Source of the DNA: a candidate division WOR-3 bacterium
GTDB lineage: Bacteria; Hydrothermota; Tepidihabitantia; SM23-42; JAOAFX01
Assembly (NCBI GenBank): GCA_039802265.1
Contig: JBDRWI010000068.1
Span: 1-10,957 of the forward strand
Length of the DNA stretch: 10,957 nt
Direction: 5' to 3'
Part shown: positions 6,036 to 10,957 of the stretch, in pieces
Layout: each line of letters begins with the position of its first letter
Position numbering within the stretch: position 1 is the stretch's first letter
The notes under the pieces: generated by a model
The model's input: the letters and a program-made list of their open reading frames with translations, nothing else
What the model was told of the DNA's origin: nothing
Database searches by the model: none
Program-made: the position numbers and the translations under genes

Positions 6036-7298
6036 TTGGTCATTATAAATTTTATCCTTGCAATTGATATCATCTATACCGCAGGTATCGGTGGTGAATT
6101 TCTTGGTTGTGGATGTCCGGGTGAAGAGGGGGGTATTGCGAGGATTGCCTACTACATTAAAAATACACCCCACCAGCTACTTATTGATGCGGGCGGAATA
6201 TTTGGTAAGAATCGATTTGTTGATTCGATTGCTGTTACCAATCTAACTGATTATGGTTTTGATGCACTTTGTGTTTCACCCGATGAATTGATTTTTGGAC
6301 CGGAATTTATAACCAGGCTTAACAGTGTTGCGCCCTTTTTATGTTCAAATGTTCGTTATTCCGGAGCACCCATTGCCCGGGAGTATATCATAAAGGATTG
6401 TAATGGAGTTAAAGTAGTCTTGACGGCGGTCATCGAAGAAGGAATTATAAGCGGAATAAAAGACCTTGAAGTATCTGAGTCAGAAAAGGCAATTAACCAT
6501 ATCAAATCCCTCCCTGAGATAAGGGATTACGACTTTTTTATCAATATCAAAAACGGCCGAGACCGCACAATTTCCATTGAGAAAATTGGGGCGGTTAAGG
6601 CAAATTGGTCACGCCGTATCGGACTCTTAAGAATTGAAAAGAATAACTTAAAAAATACAGTAACCTTCCTTGATTCAACCATTCCCGAAGATTCCGTCAC
6701 CCGGGTGAAGATTAATTTATTCTTGGATTATCTCCATAGTTTGCCCGCTCAGAAGGTAATTTCTGATTTTCCAGCCCGGGTTCCAATTGTATATTATTAT
6801 AATAACGAGGACGATAGTGTTATGAAATATCTTCTGCCCACGATAGTTAAGAGATACTATGGAATGGTTGGTGTGACCTATATAAAGAAGACCGAGGCAA
6901 TGCCCGGGTTGAAGATAAAAGGAGAGGTATATCAGGGACTCTCATCTGATTCAATCATTACCTTTGTGAATGAAAAAATCTATCAGGCGATTGAGAATGG
7001 CGGCGATAACAATGTGCAGGTAGTATATTTCCCGAATATAAACTGCCCCGAATGCGAACGCTACAATCTCCTCCTAAAGGCATTTGCGACCGCGAATCCC
7101 GAAATAACTGTTGTTAGCTCTTTAGATGAAGTCCTCCTTGAAAGATTTTATGAGGTTTATTGTGTGCCACCAGAAAAAAGGCTGAAGCCAATCATCTTTA
7201 TGGGAATTCGTTATCTCGGTCAGGAAGATATAAGCACAAAAAATCTTTATGTTGAAGGCAAAATCCCCTGGCTCAAGATTTACGGCATTGAAAAATGA
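6036..7298 (+). CDS. Multidomain hypothetical protein: degenerate UshA/5'-nucleotidase-like metallophosphoesterase domain with CGC motif + C-terminal thioredoxin/glutaredoxin-like domain(s) with CPEC
   Basis: Fold landmarks IIYTAGIGG-E-FLGCGC...GGIARI...LLIDAGG...FDALCVSPDEL...PFLCSNV...NGVKV follow the 5'-nucleotidase N-domain order. C-terminal region has VVYFPNINCPECER...PIIFMG. TTG start 1 nt after the rnhA stop; short hydrophobic N-terminus. Confidence 0.7.
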   Translation: MVIINFILAIDIIYTAGIGGEFLGCGCPGEEGGIARIAYYIKNTPHQLLIDAGGIFGKNRFVDSIAVTNLTDYGFDALCVSPDELIFGPEFITRLNSVAPFLCSNVRYSGAPIAREYIIKDCNGVKVVLTAVIEEGIISGIKDLEVSESEKAINHIKSLPEIRDYDFFINIKNGRDRTISIEKIGAVKANWSRRIGLLRIEKNNLKNTVTFLDSTIPEDSVTRVKINLFLDYLHSLPAQKVISDFPARVPIVYYYNNEDDSVMKYLLPTIVKRYYGMVGVTYIKKTEAMPGLKIKGEVYQGLSSDSIITFVNEKIYQAIENGGDNNVQVVYFPNINCPECERYNLLLKAFATANPEITVVSSLDEVLLERFYEVYCVPPEKRLKPIIFMGIRYLGQEDISTKNLYVEGKIPWLKIYGIEK

Positions 7299-8641
7299 AG
7301 ATAATGTGGGAAATTAATCCAGCACGTCTGTTAATATCGGGCTATATTATTATTATCTTGATCGGGGCAATTCTACTTTCTTTACCCTTTGCTACGACCC
7401 GGGGGATTTCCTTCATTGATGCCCTTTTCACATCTACATCCGCAGTATGCGTAACCGGTCTGATTGTAAAAAATACTGCCCTTGATTTCACACTCTGGGG
7501 TAAACTGATCATTCTAATCTTGATTCAAATTGGTGGCCTTGGCTACATGACACTCTCCACTACATTCTTTTACTTTTTGGGTAAAAAGATTTCCCTCCAT
7601 GAACGGATACTATTCAAGGAATCCTTGAATCTCCTTAACTACGAAAATCTTATGCGTTTCGCCTGGCGGGTTTTGAGAATCACAATTGTTCTTGAGTTAA
7701 TCGGTACAGTTTTATACTACATTGAATTTTCCCGAAATTTTTCTCCGCTGGTGGCGCTTGGGCATTCAATATTTCATTCGGTATCCTCTTTCTGTAATGC
7801 TGGATTTTCTACATTTTCCGAAAATCTATCTTTTTATTCAAATTCTAAATTGGTGCCGCTCACCTGTGCAATTTTGCTAATAATTGGTGGAATTGGATTC
7901 GTCGTTATTTCTGATATCTATTATGTATTAATCAAAAGAACGAAGAAAGGACTGGCGCTCCACACAAAAATGGTTCTCAAGACAACCGTATTCCTCGTAC
8001 TATTCGGGACAATTTTTATCTTCTTAACCGAAGGCAACACCGTCCTGAAGAATTACCCTCTGGACCAAAAGATTATCAACTCATTCTTTCATGCAGTTAC
8101 CCCGCGGACCGCCGGTTTCAACACCGTCGATATCTCCTTATTCTCATCCCCTACAATATTTCTGATTATAATCTTTATGTTCATTGGCGCCTCACCGGGC
8201 GGAACCGGTGGTGGTGTAAAGACAACCACAATTATGCTCCTTTGGAAGTGGGTAAAAGAACTCTTGCTGGGCAATTATAACAATATCACAATTATGAAAA
8301 AGAGGATTCCTCACGAGCAGGTATTTCGGGCATTTTTGTTAATCTTCTCTTCGGGATTATTAATTTTCTTATGTTTCTTTGTAGTATTAATTATTGAGCG
8401 AACCGCACCATTGAAACTCTTATTTGAAATGTTCTCGGCATTTGGGACGGTTGGTTTATCACTGGGTTCCGATATGAACCCGTTCTGCAATTTTTCCTTT
8501 GACCTCTCAATCTTCGGTAAACTTGCTATTATCTTTTTGATGATCTGTGGACGGGTTGGAACCCTCACCCTGAGCCATACCCTCATCAGGGCAAAACCAA
8601 GAGAATTTATCTATCCGGAAGAGTCAATCATCGTGGGCTAA
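7295..8641 (+). CDS. ktrB: Trk/Ktr potassium uptake membrane subunit (KtrB/TrkH family)
   Basis: Four pore-loop glycine motifs (SAVCVTGL, SFCNAGF, TPRTAGF, SAFGTVGLS), gate loop GASPGGTGGGVKTTT, C-terminal YPEESIIVG. ATGA overlap with the upstream gene. Confidence 0.92.
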   Translation: MKIMWEINPARLLISGYIIIILIGAILLSLPFATTRGISFIDALFTSTSAVCVTGLIVKNTALDFTLWGKLIILILIQIGGLGYMTLSTTFFYFLGKKISLHERILFKESLNLLNYENLMRFAWRVLRITIVLELIGTVLYYIEFSRNFSPLVALGHSIFHSVSSFCNAGFSTFSENLSFYSNSKLVPLTCAILLIIGGIGFVVISDIYYVLIKRTKKGLALHTKMVLKTTVFLVLFGTIFIFLTEGNTVLKNYPLDQKIINSFFHAVTPRTAGFNTVDISLFSSPTIFLIIIFMFIGASPGGTGGGVKTTTIMLLWKWVKELLLGNYNNITIMKKRIPHEQVFRAFLLIFSSGLLIFLCFFVVLIIERTAPLKLLFEMFSAFGTVGLSLGSDMNPFCNFSFDLSIFGKLAIIFLMICGRVGTLTLSHTLIRAKPREFIYPEESIIVG

Positions 8642-8693
8642 TCTCAACTACCATTATACATTTTTGCCAAAAGTAGCAATTTTAATAATTGGC

Positions 8694-8721
8694 TTGACTG
8701 ATTTCAATTTTTGTTTATAAT
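8694..8721 (+). promoter_or_regulatory. sigma70-like promoter for ABC exporter (probably leaderless or near-leaderless)
   Basis: TTGACT (8694-8699), 16-nt spacer, TATAAT (8716-8721), then 8 nt to ATG 8730; no SD. Confidence 0.75.
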
Positions 8722-8729
8722 CCCGCTAT

Positions 8730-9452
8730 ATGCCTGCACTTCTGGTAAGAGATTTATACAAAAATTTCGGTAAGGTGAGGGCAGTGGATGGTATATCATT
8801 TGAAATTAAAGAGGGTGAGATATTTGGCTTAATCGGACCCAATGGTGCTGGCAAGACAACAACCCTGCGGATGATTGCCACACTTCTAAAACCTACTGCC
8901 GGGACAATAGAAGTCTTTGGCTTAAATGTTGATAAAGATGGAACAAGGATAAGGGAATTGATAAGTTATCTCCCGGAAGAGGCGGGAGCCTATAAAAACC
9001 TCAGGGGCATTGATTATCTAAGATTTATGGCCGGATTCTATGCCTCCAATGAAAAGACCAAAAAGGAAATCATAGACAGAGCCGTAGAGATTGCTAAACT
9101 CGATGAACGGATAAGCGATAGAATTAGAGACTATAGTAAGGGTATGGTCCGCAAACTCCTCCTCGCCCGGGCATTGATGCACAATCCTAAATTGCTCATC
9201 CTCGATGAACCAACCTCAGGGCTGGATGTGATAAATTCCCTTGAGGTCCGGAATCTCATCATTGATTATGCAAAGGCCGGGGCAACTGTGATTGTCTCTT
9301 CCCATAATATGCTTGAAGTTGAATTTCTATCAAACAGAGTTGCATTTATCCATAAGGGAAAAATAGTTGAATCCGGCCCCCCTAAAGAGCTGCGCAACAA
9401 ATACAAGGCAGAAAATCTTGAGCAGGTATTTGTGAATAGCTTAAAAAAATAG
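8730..9452 (+). CDS. ABC-2 exporter ATP-binding protein (NatA/DrrA-like)
   Basis: Walker A GPNGAGKTT, signature YSKGM, Walker B LLILDEPTSGLD, H-loop SSHNM. Confidence 0.93.
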   Translation: MPALLVRDLYKNFGKVRAVDGISFEIKEGEIFGLIGPNGAGKTTTLRMIATLLKPTAGTIEVFGLNVDKDGTRIRELISYLPEEAGAYKNLRGIDYLRFMAGFYASNEKTKKEIIDRAVEIAKLDERISDRIRDYSKGMVRKLLLARALMHNPKLLILDEPTSGLDVINSLEVRNLIIDYAKAGATVIVSSHNMLEVEFLSNRVAFIHKGKIVESGPPKELRNKYKAENLEQVFVNSLKK

Positions 9453-9454
9453 TT

Positions 9455-10765
9455 ATGGCAAAATTCTGGAATATCTTACAAAAAGAAATTAAGGACCTTT
9501 TAACCTTGAAGATGATCCTGCCTTTTTTAATGTCCATATTTCTACTCATCTTTATCAGCCGAATTCTACAGGGCGAGATGGGTAAAGCAATGAAACCAAT
9601 ACCTATTGGAATCGTGGATTTAGATAAAACTAACTCATCCCGAATATTGATTGAAAATTTAAAAAACACCCGGAATCCCGTAGCCATCCTTCCCGCTGAG
9701 GATGATAAATCTGCGGTGGGCATTGCAAAGAAACAAAATCTTTCAATGGTTATTATTATTCCTGAAGGTTATGAGGCAAGTTTAAAAGGCAAAAAACCTG
9801 CAGAAATCAGGATATATTCAATTATTACCTCTTTGAGTGTAGCATCTTCTGCGGTTCGGATAAATATCAAAAATCTCTTAAAAACGATTAACGAGGAGGC
9901 AGCAAAACTATTCATAAAAGAGTTAGACCCGAATTTGAATCCCGAGATATTGCGCGAGCCGATAAAGGCGAGAGAGTATGTTGCCTTTAAGGATATTATC
10001 CAACCCGGTAGTGCAACATTTATCATCGCCTATATCTCCTCCCAGACCGTTATTGTCCCCGTTGCCCTCTTGATGTTGATGATAATTACCGGCACGATGA
10101 TCGCCTCTTCCATTGCCCAGGAGAAAGAGAACAAGACGCTGGAGACACTCCTGACGGTTCCGGTCTCAAGATTTACAGTTGTCCTTGCCAAGATGCTTGC
10201 CGCAGTCCTCCTAGCCATCGGTTTTGCCCTTTTCTTTGTTCTGGCAATGGGAAGTTTTATGTCCTCTTTTGGTAATATCGATACTACCCAGATGCAAGAC
10301 CTTAAGACAATGGGCGCTGGTATAAATTTGAGTCTTGACCCTACCGGAAAGATACTACTGGGGATAAGCATATTTTTAGCCATCCTCAATGCCCTGGCTA
10401 TGGCGACGCTTCTGGCACTTTTTGCCCAGGATGTAAAGGATGCCCAGACAACTATTATGCCCCTTACAATAATGGTCCTCATCCCCTATTTCTTTGCTCT
10501 GGCATTTGACCCGGGCACAATGAGTCTGGGTTTGAAGGTCTTTACATTTTTAATACCATTTTCCCACACCTTCTTTGCCTTCAAATTCTTACTCCTGGGA
10601 GAGAAATTGCCGGTTCTTTTGGGTATTATCTACCTACTTTTTTTTGCGGTGTGTCTACTTTTTGTGGCAACAAAGGTCTTCTCTTCAGAAAGAATCCTGA
10701 CAATTAAATTTAATATTGCCAATTTTTTAAGAAAGTATAAAGGGACAGCCCACGATTCTTTATAG
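9455..10765 (+). CDS. ABC-2 exporter permease (NatB-like, putative Na+ efflux)
   Basis: N-terminal KEIKDL + TM helix, large extracytoplasmic domain, IAQEKENKTLETLLTVPVSR...LAK motif, several C-terminal TMs. Starts 2 nt after the ATPase stop. Confidence 0.88.
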   Translation: MAKFWNILQKEIKDLLTLKMILPFLMSIFLLIFISRILQGEMGKAMKPIPIGIVDLDKTNSSRILIENLKNTRNPVAILPAEDDKSAVGIAKKQNLSMVIIIPEGYEASLKGKKPAEIRIYSIITSLSVASSAVRINIKNLLKTINEEAAKLFIKELDPNLNPEILREPIKAREYVAFKDIIQPGSATFIIAYISSQTVIVPVALLMLMIITGTMIASSIAQEKENKTLETLLTVPVSRFTVVLAKMLAAVLLAIGFALFFVLAMGSFMSSFGNIDTTQMQDLKTMGAGINLSLDPTGKILLGISIFLAILNALAMATLLALFAQDVKDAQTTIMPLTIMVLIPYFFALAFDPGTMSLGLKVFTFLIPFSHTFFAFKFLLLGEKLPVLLGIIYLLFFAVCLLFVATKVFSSERILTIKFNIANFLRKYKGTAHDSL

Positions 10766-10778
10766 TTAGGAACAATCC

Positions 10779-10957
10779 CTATCTTAATAGAATCACCTTT
10801 TCTATCTTACCATAACCTTCTGCCTCAATCCGCACAAAATAGATACCAGCAGATAGATTTTTTGGTGTAATCAATAGTTCATTCATCCCGATATTTGATT
10901 TTGGTATATCTTTTTATACACAAGCCGGCCACAACGTCGTAGAATTTGATTGTACTT
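10779..10957 (-). pseudogene. 3' remnant of a protein with T9SS type A (Por secretion) C-terminal sorting domain, two frameshifts
   Basis: Three frames give STIKFYDV(V) / GRLVYK / DIPKSNIGMNELLITPKNLSAGIYFVRIEAEGYGKIEKVILLR-TAG (10781-10779). The joined sequence matches the I-Y-D-x-x-G-R-L-V...L-x-x-G-I-Y-F-V...K-V-I-L-L-K/R pattern. An in-frame TAA at 10916-10914 blocks the last frame. Confidence 0.72.

Noticed and set aside
6108..6155. Selenocysteine codon or SECIS in the UshA-like gene
   Set aside because: Both codons are TGT (Cys) and downstream pairing is weak. The terminal TGA 7296-7298 is followed by AGA TAA, so read-through would add almost nothing.
5133..6246. Short ORFs 5133..5387, 5391..5585, 5410..5604, 5943..6173 and 6058..6246
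   Set aside because: Antisense or out-of-frame shadows of the Zn-ribbon, rnhA and fusion genes.
3556..10482. Minus-strand ORFs 3556..3846, 8089..8274, 8311..8586, 9382..9723, 9769..10026 and 10030..10482
   Set aside because: Antisense to membrane-protein or ATPase genes; typical shadow ORFs without motifs.
1..10957. CRISPR array, transposase, retron/RT, toxin-antitoxin or other defence system
   Set aside because: No regularly spaced repeats or diagnostic motifs seen. The RNase H is a stand-alone housekeeping type in its usual Zn-ribbon gene context, with no RT nearby.

Overview
AT-rich (roughly 40% GC by eye), gene-dense bacterial chromosomal window with no phage, transposase, integrase or CRISPR signal. 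The minus strand at the left carries a Zn-dependent alcohol dehydrogenase and a reordered Tol-Pal unit (pal > cpoB/ybgF > tolQ; tolQ is missed by the ORF track and runs off the left edge). The plus strand carries two CUT1 carbohydrate ABC permeases with no binding protein or ATPase, a 67-aa hypothetical gene, and tRNA-Val(GAC). These are followed by a tightly coupled run: coiled-coil/C4 Zn-ribbon protein > RNase HI > an unusual 420-aa fusion (degenerate UshA-like metallophosphoesterase fold with CGC, plus thioredoxin-like domains with CPEC) > KtrB/TrkH K+ transporter. A NatAB-like ABC-2 exporter comes next. At the right edge is a doubly frameshifted remnant of a T9SS/Por-type C-terminal sorting domain on the minus strand. 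Tol-Pal plus that domain suggest a diderm FCB-related lineage such as WOR-3 (inference). The main second-look items are the redox-motif fusion coupled to a KtrA-less KtrB, a 23-bp hairpin burying the cpoB SD and AUG, five sigma70-like promoters that all have 16-bp spacers (several leaderless), and a Pal with GHCC in place of GHxD. All calls come from motif reading only; no searches were run.
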